The notes under the pieces were generated by a model. That model was not told the DNA's origin and did not search any database. It was given only the letters and a program-made list of their open reading frames with translations. Shown here piece by piece: positions 56,136 to 64,000 of a DNA stretch of 64,000 bases. Each line of letters starts with the position of its first letter. The first letter of the stretch is position 1. This DNA is from an uncultured Candidatus Saccharibacteria bacterium. Its GTDB lineage: Bacteria; Patescibacteriota; Minisyncoccia; Phycocordibacterales; JACOZG01. Location of the stretch: the NCBI GenBank assembly GCA_964399075.1, contig CAYNPK010000001.1:55457-119456 (forward strand). Direction: 5' to 3'. The position numbers were made by a program, and so were the translations under genes.

Positions 56136-57131
56136 ATGAGGAAAATATTCGTCATCAACTTTGTCGCGATAATGATTCTATTCGTGACGCTCTTTATCGC
56201 CACCAGGTCATCACAGGACGAGAATGGTCAAGTGGCTCTATTATTGCCAACAGTAGAAGCCTCGAAGATGGTGGCGACCTCAAGTCTCACGGTTCGCCCC
56301 AATCAAGCGCCACCACTACCGATTCCCAGCCGGGCGAAATTGAAGGCCGCCTTGCCCCTGCCAACAGCTGAAGCGCAAGCTTATCTTGTCGCTTATCTGC
56401 CACCAGAGGACATTAGCCAAGCAGAAATTCTACTAGAAAAAAACGCCTCGACTCCCCTACCCATCGCCAGTATCACCAAATTACTTACCGCCCTAACCTC
56501 TATAGAAGAATTAGAGCCTTATCAAACTATTACCTTTCTTGAGTCGGCGACTAAGGACTTCATCGATCCTTCAATAATGATACCGGGGGAAACTTTTTAT
56601 ATGCGAGACTTACTACACTCACTATTAATCGAATCTAGTAATGACAGCGCCTTGGCTTTGGCCAAAGAAATTGATCAAACCAATTTTATGGAGCGAATTA
56701 ATTTAACCGCTTCTCGTCTCGGCTTAGATACCACGCGCCTGGTTAATCCTTCCGGCCTTGATCCAGAGAACGACAGCGAACCAAATCAATCTTCGGCAAA
56801 AGATTTACTGAAATTAGTCTCATATTTGCTAATTAATAATCCCGATATTTTAGCGATTACCACTCGCGCTAATTATGATTTCTACACCGCCGATGGCCAC
56901 TTCCATCACCAATTGCTAAACACCAATCAATTGTTAAAGAGCAACGGCTGGCCAGCAGAAGTCATCGGTGGTAAAACTGGTACGACCACTTTAGCCCAAA
57001 GAAATTTAGTATTAATTCTGCGCGACAAATTATCCGGTGGTTATTTAGTTAGTATTGTGCTAAATACTACTAACCACTTCAGTGACACTCGCAATTTGAT
57101 CGACTGGACATATCAAAATTATGAATTTTAA
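56136..57131 (+). CDS. D-alanyl-D-alanine carboxypeptidase (S11, PBP5-type)
   Basis: SxxK (ASITK), SxN (SSND), KTG (GKTGTT); N-terminal TM. Confidence 0.8.
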   Translation: MRKIFVINFVAIMILFVTLFIATRSSQDENGQVALLLPTVEASKMVATSSLTVRPNQAPPLPIPSRAKLKAALPLPTAEAQAYLVAYLPPEDISQAEILLEKNASTPLPIASITKLLTALTSIEELEPYQTITFLESATKDFIDPSIMIPGETFYMRDLLHSLLIESSNDSALALAKEIDQTNFMERINLTASRLGLDTTRLVNPSGLDPENDSEPNQSSAKDLLKLVSYLLINNPDILAITTRANYDFYTADGHFHHQLLNTNQLLKSNGWPAEVIGGKTGTTTLAQRNLVLILRDKLSGGYLVSIVLNTTNHFSDTRNLIDWTYQNYEF

Positions 57132-57210
57132 TTAAAATTAAGTAGACACAATTTACTTTATGCGTTAAACTTAAGAAGTCGCAATTATTAATCAATCTCA
57201 AGGTTAAACT

Positions 57211-57345
57211 ATGGACGATAATAATCAGCCGGAACCACAGGTTCCTCCTGCTACTACTCCCGACATGCCACTCACACCAGATATCGACTCTACACCAATG
57301 CCTGATGTAGAAATCCCAGGAACCGGAGCTGAACCACAAGTCTAG
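57211..57345 (+). CDS. small Pro/Asp/Thr-rich protein (44 aa, hypothetical)
   Basis: ORF MDDNNQPEPQVPPATTPDMPLTPDIDSTPMPDVEIPGTGAEPQV with AAGG upstream, followed by a strong terminator; could be non-coding. Confidence 0.25.
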   Translation: MDDNNQPEPQVPPATTPDMPLTPDIDSTPMPDVEIPGTGAEPQV

Positions 57346-57357
57346 GGTTCACTCCCT

Positions 57358-57400
57358 CACAAAACCACCCCGCTAATTAGCGGGGTGGTTTTGTGATTTC
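57358..57400. terminator. bidirectional rho-independent terminator
   Basis: Perfect 13-bp stem AAACCACCCCGCT-aatt-AGCGGGGTGGTTT flanked by an A-tract on one side and T-rich sequence on the other. Sits between convergent genes. Confidence 0.65.
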
Positions 57401-57447
57401 TGATTATTAAAATTCTTGCCCCTTATCAATTTCTAGAACCGTAAATT

Positions 57448-57993
57448 TTATCTCCCTTGCTTCACCAACTTAAGCGCTAAATTTACTGCTTCTTTAGCGT
57501 TTTCGGCAACTTCAATTTTTATTCTGTTTCGGGCATCAAGATATTGGTCTCCAAGTTTTTCACTCCAACCTCCAGTATTTTTCAATACCACAATTGGAAT
57601 GTTCGCTTGATAAGCAATAGCAATTTCAGTAAGCGTACCAGAACCGCCATTAAGTGCGATAATAGCATCGCAACTTAAAACAAGGGTTAGTTCTCGGCCG
57701 CCACCACGTTCAAGCCCGCTTGCGATAACAACGTCCACATTCTTTTTTTCAAAAATATCAAAACCTTTTCCATAAGTTACGCCAACAGTAAGACCGCGGA
57801 CTTTCTTTGCTCCGCGGCAGGCTGCTGTTGAAAGAGAGTCGTAATCTTTTTCTGCGCCAAAAATTAGAGTTGCTCCTTTTTTCGCAACCCAATAGCCGAT
57901 TTCTTCCGCCAGTTTCTCAAATTTATTCGAATATTTAAGATCAGCAGCAGAACCCATCACTCCAATTTGCATTTTCCTTGATGATTTTTTCAT
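57448..57993 (-). CDS. TIGR00725/LOG-family Rossmann-fold protein (lysine-decarboxylase-like)
   Basis: GVMGSA...GGGSGTLTE resembles the LOG GGxGTxxE motif. Confidence 0.65.
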   Translation of the reverse strand: MKKSSRKMQIGVMGSAADLKYSNKFEKLAEEIGYWVAKKGATLIFGAEKDYDSLSTAACRGAKKVRGLTVGVTYGKGFDIFEKKNVDVVIASGLERGGGRELTLVLSCDAIIALNGGSGTLTEIAIAYQANIPIVVLKNTGGWSEKLGDQYLDARNRIKIEVAENAKEAVNLALKLVKQGR

Positions 57994-58006
57994 AAAATTT
58001 ACTATA

Positions 58007-58525
58007 TCATACTATTTGCTTAAACATTTTCTCTCTACCAATTCTTCCTAAAGCAAGCGCCCACTCCCAAGTTTTTCTATAATCATAGATACCTTCACGA
58101 CTACTTTCTACCGCTACTTGCTTATCCGCAAATTCTTGTCCGTATAACTCTGTCCAAATATCATAAAGTACAAGAAAAAGAATTTGATGTGCATCCAAAC
58201 TTTGTTGTCGATTTTCAAGTTGAAACAGAAGACGATGTCCTAATTCGTGAATCAAAGTTGCCTTTTTAACATCAGCTGAATAACTTGCTCGCAGTTTTAG
58301 TGGATCGTTCTCATTCTTTCCAGAACGACTGATTCCTTCATATATGATAACTTTTATTTCCCCTTCGGTAAATTTTAAACCAGTCACTTTCTCGAATGTA
58401 GCGACTATTTTTCCGCCTTCATTTTTCCATAACTCTACATAATCTAGAGTTGAAGAAACAATCTCTTCATCATTAGAAAACGGCTCAAAATTTAACATCA
58501 ATTTAATTGATTCACACCTTACCAT
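58007..58525 (-). CDS. small HExxH metallopeptidase-like protein
   Basis: ATLIHELGHRLL zinc-binding motif. Start taken at ATG 58525 just past the tRNA; the ORF-track N-terminus is a translated tRNA. Alternative start at 58498. Confidence 0.4.
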   Translation of the reverse strand: MVRCESIKLMLNFEPFSNDEEIVSSTLDYVELWKNEGGKIVATFEKVTGLKFTEGEIKVIIYEGISRSGKNENDPLKLRASYSADVKKATLIHELGHRLLFQLENRQQSLDAHQILFLVLYDIWTELYGQEFADKQVAVESSREGIYDYRKTWEWALALGRIGREKMFKQIV

Positions 58526-58527
58526 CT

Positions 58528-58603
58528 TGGTGGACCCTATCGGACTTGAACCGATGACCTCCGAGGTGCAAGCTCGGCGCTCTACCAACTGAGCTAAGGG
58601 CCC
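58528..58603 (-). tRNA. tRNA-Ala (anticodon UGC), CCA encoded
   Basis: Minus strand: gggccct...agggtccaCCA with G3:U70; anticodon arm ccgag ctTGCac ctcgg. Confidence 0.85.
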
Positions 58604-58625
58604 ATTTAGATTAGACAATAGCACA

Positions 58626-59588
58626 TTAGGGACGAAGAGCCAATTGGATCAAATGATCCAAGAAATCGGGATAAGCGCAACCAACCGCCGCTAATGACTT
58701 CGGCAGAAGTGACTCGGAAGTTAGTCCGGGAAGAGTATTAACCTCCAACAAATAAATACCGCGAGGTGTAATAATGAAATCAGAACGAGAATAATGACGC
58801 AAGCCTAAGGCCGAGTGGGCTCGAGTAGCCATTTCTTCGATCGTCTTCTTCTCCTCGTCATTGAAATTGGCCGGACAAATTTCTTCAGTCTCGCCACTAT
58901 ACTTATCTTGATAGTCCCAAACCGATTTATTACCGGGACGACGGATCTCAATCACCGGCAAGGCATAATGTTCAACATTGCGAAAATGATCGAGAACACC
59001 GCAGGTGGCTTCCCGACCAGCGATATATTGCTCCACTAGAACTTTATCGGAATACTGGAAAGCTTTCTTGAGAGCAACAATCAACTCTGGATAGGTTCGA
59101 GCTAGAGTTAGGCCAACAGAGGAACCACGGTCAGTTGGTTTGACAATCCACGGTGGAGAAATCTTCTCGAAAGCGGTTCTGGCTGGATCAACTTGCTCGT
59201 TTTGTCGTAAAGAAATACCATAGGGCGTCTTCAAGCCATACTTGCGGAAAACATCCTTAGCTAAAGCTTTGTTCATGCTAACAGCGGAAGCAAAAATGCC
59301 AGAACCGGTATAAGGAATACCAACTTTATCTAAAACATTTTGAATTCGCCCATCTTCGCCATACTCACCATGGAGGGCGTTAAAAATAACATCAACTTGC
59401 CTAACCATCTTTTCCGGATTGGTTGGCAAACCATTGTGGTGCCAGTCGCCACTCTTGGTAATCAAAATATCTTGAGGATGATAAGCTGATTTCGGCAAGG
59501 CATCAAGAACGCTTTGTCCCGTCTTAAGCGAAACTTCATATTCGCTAGATGGACCGCCACGCACGACGCCAACACGAATCATAGCCAT
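58626..59588 (-). CDS. ddl: D-alanine--D-alanine ligase
   Basis: ATP-grasp; N-terminus IRVGVVRGGPSSEYEVSL, ...EVNTLPGLT. Confidence 0.9.
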   Translation of the reverse strand: MAMIRVGVVRGGPSSEYEVSLKTGQSVLDALPKSAYHPQDILITKSGDWHHNGLPTNPEKMVRQVDVIFNALHGEYGEDGRIQNVLDKVGIPYTGSGIFASAVSMNKALAKDVFRKYGLKTPYGISLRQNEQVDPARTAFEKISPPWIVKPTDRGSSVGLTLARTYPELIVALKKAFQYSDKVLVEQYIAGREATCGVLDHFRNVEHYALPVIEIRRPGNKSVWDYQDKYSGETEEICPANFNDEEKKTIEEMATRAHSALGLRHYSRSDFIITPRGIYLLEVNTLPGLTSESLLPKSLAAVGCAYPDFLDHLIQLALRP

Positions 59589-59594
59589 GATTAA

Positions 59595-59981
59595 TTAGTT
59601 TTTATTAGTTAGCTTACCACCAATTTTAACCACCAAATCATCGAGGGTAAAATTAGCTTTGATCAAGAAGTCGTCCGCTCCTAATTGTTTAGCCTTTTCC
59701 ATATCTTCACGTTGTCCCAAGTTAGAGAAGACAATTACTGGTATTGTTTTCAACGCCTCATGAGCGCGAATACGTTTTAAAACTTCAAAGCCATCGATAC
59801 CGGGCAATAATAAATCAAGCAAAATTAAATTGGGTTTAGCTTCGACTGCTGAATTGAGGGCATTATCGCCGTCCACCGCCACAGCAATCTGATAACCCTC
59901 TTTCTCCAAACGCTTAGCGGTTAAAGAACGCAAAAATTCGTCATCCTCAACGATCAAAATGGTGTGTTTAATTTCGTCCAT
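59595..59981 (-). CDS. stand-alone response-regulator receiver (CheY-like) protein
   Basis: ILIVEDDEFL...LILLDLLLPGIDG...K; no output domain. Confidence 0.85.
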   Translation of the reverse strand: MDEIKHTILIVEDDEFLRSLTAKRLEKEGYQIAVAVDGDNALNSAVEAKPNLILLDLLLPGIDGFEVLKRIRAHEALKTIPVIVFSNLGQREDMEKAKQLGADDFLIKANFTLDDLVVKIGGKLTNKN

Positions 59982-60010
59982 ATTTTATTTAAATTATATC
60001 TTTACTTTAG

Positions 60011-60970
60011 TTAATTATAATCCTTTTTCTGTTTTATGGGAATTGCCACATGGAAAGAGGTGCCACCGCCCTTACCACAATCAAACCAAATTCGACCATG
60101 GTGCTTTTCCACAATCCCCTTAACAATATAGAGACCAAGACCGGATCCTTGAGTAGATTTCCCGGCGGCATTCATTGAACGGAAAGATCGAGTGAAAATT
60201 CTCGGTCGATCAGCAAGAGGAATACCAATCCCGTTATCCTGGACAGTAAATTCAATCTCGCCGTCCGTAGCATTAATTTTATCATCATTAAAAGCGATTG
60301 TCACGGTGCCACCATTTGGCGTATATTTGATAGCGTTGTCTAATAAATTCTCCACCACCATGCTAATCTTAATTGGATCAACCTCCACCAACAGAGGACT
60401 CTTCAGTGGTTCGACAATATCAAGAGACAAACTCTTTTCTTCCAATCTTGGCTTCAATTCAGAAACAATCCTATTAACCAACTCCACCAAATCAATGGCC
60501 ACAAATTTATAACTATTTTTATTAGCCTCGACATAATCTAAATTAAGCCAATCGTTGATGATCGTAATAACGCGCTCGGCGCTATCATAACCTTTCTGCA
60601 GAAAATGCTTCTGATCTTCGGTCACCGCTCCTAATTCACCACCAAGAAGCATGTGGAAGGTCCACTTAATCGCCGAGAGTGGGGTTCGCAATTGATGAGT
60701 AGTTAGAGAAATCATTTGTGACTGCTCTTTATTAATTTGTTGCAAGTGAGTATTCTCCTGACGTAATTCTCGATTGGCGCGGTGAGAAGATGAACTTATT
60801 TTGCCTACAACCTTCAACAATAAAGGAGGGCCAATAATCGCAAAAGCTAATAAAACAAAGATCGTCAACCGAACCGATGTGGTCAATAAAGAAAAATCAC
60901 CGAAAAGTAAGAACAAGAAAATAATTAAAACCAAGAGAGCGTAGTAAGTAAAAAAGGCGAAACTCTTCAT
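60011..60970 (-). CDS. membrane sensor histidine kinase
   Basis: Two N-terminal TMs. H-box LTTHQLRTPLSAI. HATPase N/G boxes (NLLDNAIKYT, GSGLGLYIVKGIVEKHHGRIW). Confidence 0.85.
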   Translation of the reverse strand: MKSFAFFTYYALLVLIIFLFLLFGDFSLLTTSVRLTIFVLLAFAIIGPPLLLKVVGKISSSSHRANRELRQENTHLQQINKEQSQMISLTTHQLRTPLSAIKWTFHMLLGGELGAVTEDQKHFLQKGYDSAERVITIINDWLNLDYVEANKNSYKFVAIDLVELVNRIVSELKPRLEEKSLSLDIVEPLKSPLLVEVDPIKISMVVENLLDNAIKYTPNGGTVTIAFNDDKINATDGEIEFTVQDNGIGIPLADRPRIFTRSFRSMNAAGKSTQGSGLGLYIVKGIVEKHHGRIWFDCGKGGGTSFHVAIPIKQKKDYN

Positions 60971-60978
60971 TCAAATAA

Positions 60979-62184
60979 TTATACCATTCGTCTCCGGAGT
61001 TTCCTATGGTAATTGATCGCAAAACGATGGGCTTCTTGATTGAGGGCAACAATAGAGTCACGATGTTCGATAATCAGCCTAGAAAGACCGATGAATTTAC
61101 TGGCTCGATGATGGGCATCTTTAATTACCCCAACCACCGGAATGTTTAATCCTCGCTCTCGTAAAACTTTTTCAAAAGCATTAACTTGAGGCCTCCCACC
61201 GTCAACGATAATTAGTTCTGGCAACAGCCACTCGCCATGACTAAGACGACGATTTAAAACTTCTTGCAAATTGGCAATATCATCAGACTGATCAGACGAG
61301 GAACCTCTTAGCTTGAAACGCCGATAACTATCTTTAGCAAGTTCTCCGTGACGCATTGCCACCATCACGCCAACCGTATGTTTACCAGAGAGATGAGCCA
61401 CATCATAGGCTTCTATTGCAAAATCTGCAGAAGTGGTAATTATTGGCTTCTTAATTAGCGAAACATCCTGAATATGCTTTAAAGCAAAAATTTGTTTTTT
61501 TATCTCCCCCGCTTGTTCAAATTTTTGTTTTTTCGCGCAAGCGATCATTTCTTTTTCCAACTGTTTAATCAGATTCGCCTTTTTGCCCTGAAAAAATAAG
61601 GTGAGGTGACGAATCGTTTTTTTATACTCAATTTTACTCATCGTGCCAGCACAAATACCAGGGCAAAGTCCGATTTGGCAATCAAAACACGGTTTGCCAC
61701 TATTAGGCTTACACTTATCTCTGAACGGAAAGATCTTGCGAATAATCTTCAAACCTTCTCTCAACTCGCCACCATGAGGAAAGGGGCCGAAAATAGTAGC
61801 TGACTTTTGCTCAGAAATATTTCGCTCTCGCACAGCCAGAATCCGAGGGAAATCCTCATCGGTAATAACTACATACAGATAACTTTTGTCATCCTTTTCG
61901 CGAGTGTTATAAAAGGGTTGATGTTTTTTAATTTCTCGTGATTCTAAAATTAAAGCTTCTAAAACAGAATCAGTTAATTTAAAATCAATTTTATTAATCC
62001 GACTAACCATCTGGGCAATCCAAGAACTGCGAGACTTGATTAAATCAGAGCGAAAATAACTTCGAACCCGCGAGCGAAGCGAGGTGGCCTTGCCAATATA
62101 GAGAATTTGTTGATTTTCTCGCAAAAAATACACCCCGGGCGCTTCGGGCAAGTTATCCACTTTCTGTTTGATTCTTGACTCCAT
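60979..62184 (-). CDS. uvrC: excinuclease ABC subunit C, short form (GIY-YIG + UvrBC + RNase-H-like endonuclease domain; lacks C-terminal (HhH)2)
   Basis: GIY-YIG (GVYFLR...ILYIGKA). Cys cluster. C-terminal IIVDGGRPQV...VVGVIKD endonuclease domain. 401 aa. Confidence 0.8.
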   Translation of the reverse strand: MESRIKQKVDNLPEAPGVYFLRENQQILYIGKATSLRSRVRSYFRSDLIKSRSSWIAQMVSRINKIDFKLTDSVLEALILESREIKKHQPFYNTREKDDKSYLYVVITDEDFPRILAVRERNISEQKSATIFGPFPHGGELREGLKIIRKIFPFRDKCKPNSGKPCFDCQIGLCPGICAGTMSKIEYKKTIRHLTLFFQGKKANLIKQLEKEMIACAKKQKFEQAGEIKKQIFALKHIQDVSLIKKPIITTSADFAIEAYDVAHLSGKHTVGVMVAMRHGELAKDSYRRFKLRGSSSDQSDDIANLQEVLNRRLSHGEWLLPELIIVDGGRPQVNAFEKVLRERGLNIPVVGVIKDAHHRASKFIGLSRLIIEHRDSIVALNQEAHRFAINYHRKLRRRMV

Positions 62185-62233
62185 AGGTATATAATTAACT
62201 TAGATAGTTCTTGGCTTCTTTCCCCCTCCGGAA

Positions 62234-62270
62234 AGCGTCGCCCTGCTCCACGCAGACGACGCTTTTTTTA
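62234..62270. terminator. intrinsic-terminator-like hairpin between uvrA and uvrC
   Basis: AGCGTCG-loop16-CGACGCT with TTTTTTT on the plus side and an A-tract on the other. Orientation favours plus-strand (antisense) termination, so its role for the minus-strand uvrA-uvrC transcript is unclear. Confidence 0.4.
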
Positions 62271-64000
62271 TTTCTGCAATATTCGGCGTAAATATTTAGC
62301 CGTGTGGGAAGTCTTATTTCTTGCCACTTCTTCAGGAGTACCCTTAGCTACTACTTGGCCACCAAGATGACCACCATCGGGACCAAGATCAATTACATAA
62401 TCGGCGTTTTTAATAACGTCAAGATGATGTTCAATAACTACGACTGTATTACCTCGATCAACTAACTTTTGCAAAATCATTATTAAATTGTTGACATCTT
62501 CGTAATGCAAACCAACTGTCGGTTCATCTAATAAATAAATAGTTCGTTGAGTCATAGGGCGATAAAGTTCGGACGAAATTTTAACTCTCTGGGCCTCACC
62601 TCCAGACAAAGTAGTGGCCGACTGGCCTAATTCAAGATAACCCAAACCAACTTCAGCAAGAGTTTGCAGTCGATCAGCCACGGCGGGAATATCACTAAAA
62701 AAATTTAAGGCTTCTTCGATAGTCATTCGCAAGACATCATGAATATTTTTTCCCTTATATTTCACTTCCAGAGTCTCTTTCTCAAAACGCCGACCGCGAC
62801 AAATATCACATTGAACGTAAACTGTCGGCAAAAAATGCATCTCCACCGCCACCTCGCCATTACCCTGACAAGCCTCGCAACGACCACCAGGAACATTGAA
62901 GGAGAAACGTCTCGGTGCCCAACCGCGCTCTCGCGCCTCTAAAGTAGCCGAAAAAATTTCGCGAATAAAAGTAAATGCTCCAGTGTAAGTCGCCGGATTA
63001 GAGCGCGGAGTACGACCAATCGGTGATTGGTCAATCAAAATTGTCCGACTAAGATACTCGGCTCCGCTAAATTCGCGACAATTAATAACCTGATTAGAGC
63101 GATAGCGACGATCAAACCGAGCGCGCAAATTTTCGTGCAAAACATCATAAAGAAAAGTCGATTTACCAGAACCAGAAACTCCAGTAATCGCAACCAAGCG
63201 ACCCAAAGGTAAATCGATGTTCAAATTGTGAATATTGTGAATTTTTCCACCTCTGATTTTAAGCACGCCCTTGTCCTGACTTCTTATTTTTTCTGAACGC
63301 TCAATCACCTTATCACCTCGTAAATAATCAACGGTTAGAGAATTAAAAGTATTTTTCTTGGCCGTAAGGAGCTTATCAGTCTCACCAGCAATTACGATTT
63401 TACCACCATGAATCCCCGCCCCCGGACCAATATCAACCAAAAAATCAGAAGCATAAATCGTATCCTCGTCATGCTCCACAACTAAAATAGTGTTACCAAG
63501 ATCTCGCAACTCCAGAAGGGTTTTAATTAAGCGGTCATTATCGCGCGGATGGAGACCGATAGTTGGTTCATCTAAAACATAAATGGCGCCAACCAATCGA
63601 GAACCAAGTTGTGAAGCAAGACGAATCCGCTGAGACTCACCACCGGAAAGAGTGTTAGCTCTCCTGTCTAAAGTTAAATAATCTAATCCAACGTCAAGCA
63701 AAAACTTTAGCCGGGCTTTAATCTCTCGCAAAACAACACTAGCAATTTCTTGTTCTTTCTTAGTCAATTGGAGCTTCTGAAAAAAATCAAAAGCTTCACC
63801 AATAGACAAAGCCACTGCTTCAACAACGCTTTTACGACCAATCAGAACTTGCAAAGCCTCGGGCCTAAGACGAGCGCCTTGGCAATCCGAGCAAGCCTCG
63901 TTACCAAAAAGATGTTTAGTCCCCAAACCATGACAAGTTGGGCAAGCGCCATATGGTGAATTAAAAGAGAAAAGTCGCGGTTCAATCTCGGGATAAGAAA
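62268..64000 (-). CDS. uvrA: excinuclease ABC subunit A, partial (N-terminal about 360 aa beyond right window edge)
   Basis: Frame stays open upstream of the ORF-track start (…PTCHGLGTKHLFGNEACSDCQG zinc finger) to position 64000. Two ABC signatures (LSGGESQRIRLA, LSGGEAQRVKIS); Walker A GVSGSGKST. Confidence 0.9.
   Translation of the reverse strand, partial: SYPEIEPRLFSFNSPYGACPTCHGLGTKHLFGNEACSDCQGARLRPEALQVLIGRKSVVEAVALSIGEAFDFFQKLQLTKKEQEIASVVLREIKARLKFLLDVGLDYLTLDRRANTLSGGESQRIRLASQLGSRLVGAIYVLDEPTIGLHPRDNDRLIKTLLELRDLGNTILVVEHDEDTIYASDFLVDIGPGAGIHGGKIVIAGETDKLLTAKKNTFNSLTVDYLRGDKVIERSEKIRSQDKGVLKIRGGKIHNIHNLNIDLPLGRLVAITGVSGSGKSTFLYDVLHENLRARFDRRYRSNQVINCREFSGAEYLSRTILIDQSPIGRTPRSNPATYTGAFTFIREIFSATLEARERGWAPRRFSFNVPGGRCEACQGNGEVAVEMHFLPTVYVQCDICRGRRFEKETLEVKYKGKNIHDVLRMTIEEALNFFSDIPAVADRLQTLAEVGLGYLELGQSATTLSGGEAQRVKISSELYRPMTQRTIYLLDEPTVGLHYEDVNNLIMILQKLVDRGNTVVVIEHHLDVIKNADYVIDLGPDGGHLGGQVVAKGTPEEVARNKTSHTAKYLRRILQK

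Overview
This window is a low-GC (by eye high-30s %), gene-dense bacterial chromosome segment, mostly on the minus strand. It is dominated by core housekeeping genes. The short aaRS forms, 1-4 bp gene overlaps and overall content fit a reduced-genome (Patescibacteria/CPR-like) bacterium, though that assignment is an inference.

Core genes identified:
- Replication/repair: rmuC, recR, dnaB, scpAB, mnmA, a DnaQ-like exonuclease, a short uvrC and a partial uvrA.
- Aminoacyl-tRNA synthetases: cysS, gltX, aspS, trpS, valS (short), alaS (short) and leuS.
- Cell wall / division: a partial dcw block (mraY-ftsW-murG), ddl, a PBP5-type carboxypeptidase, mltG, an M23 peptidase and a CtpA-like protease.
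- Chaperones: grpE-dnaK-dnaJ.
- Ribosomal / transcription block: rpsI, rplM, rplQ, rpoA, rpsD, rpsK, rpsM, rpmJ, infA, plus rplU, rplI and rpmA.
- Other: ychF, a TIGR00725/LOG-type protein, two histidine kinases and a stand-alone receiver.
- Four tRNAs: three tRNA-Ala isoacceptors (GGC, CGC, UGC) and tRNA-Val(CAC).

The most unusual thing I see is compositional. At least seven short, visibly high-GC (by eye about 50-60 %) blocks sit in intergenic gaps of the low-GC backbone: 1-1520, 3422-4180, 20602-21241, 22385-23270, 39537-40055, 50137-50752 and 52119-52775. Five of them carry one ORF each, several with their own Shine-Dalgarno site and rho-independent terminator. The products include:
- a lipoprotein with outer-membrane beta-barrel-like strands;
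- a 212-aa unknown protein;
- a stand-alone RNA polymerase alpha-CTD paralog fused to a coiled coil;
- a degenerate phosphoribosyltransferase-like protein;
- a PEP-CTERM sorting-signal protein.

A tRNA-bracketed accessory stretch (about 51.6-58.5 kb) contains:
- small membrane proteins;
- an ECF sigma factor split by one in-frame TGA;
- a divergent PAS protein;
- a small secreted peptide behind a 16-bp perfect palindrome;
- tandem repeats overlapping a start codon.

Other points of interest are a three-gene cluster of unknown function (membrane protein, actin-like ATPase, secreted Ig-like protein) inserted between infA and alaS, and a canonical sigma-70 promoter in front of a lysozyme-like gene. 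No CRISPR array, integrase or transposase was seen.
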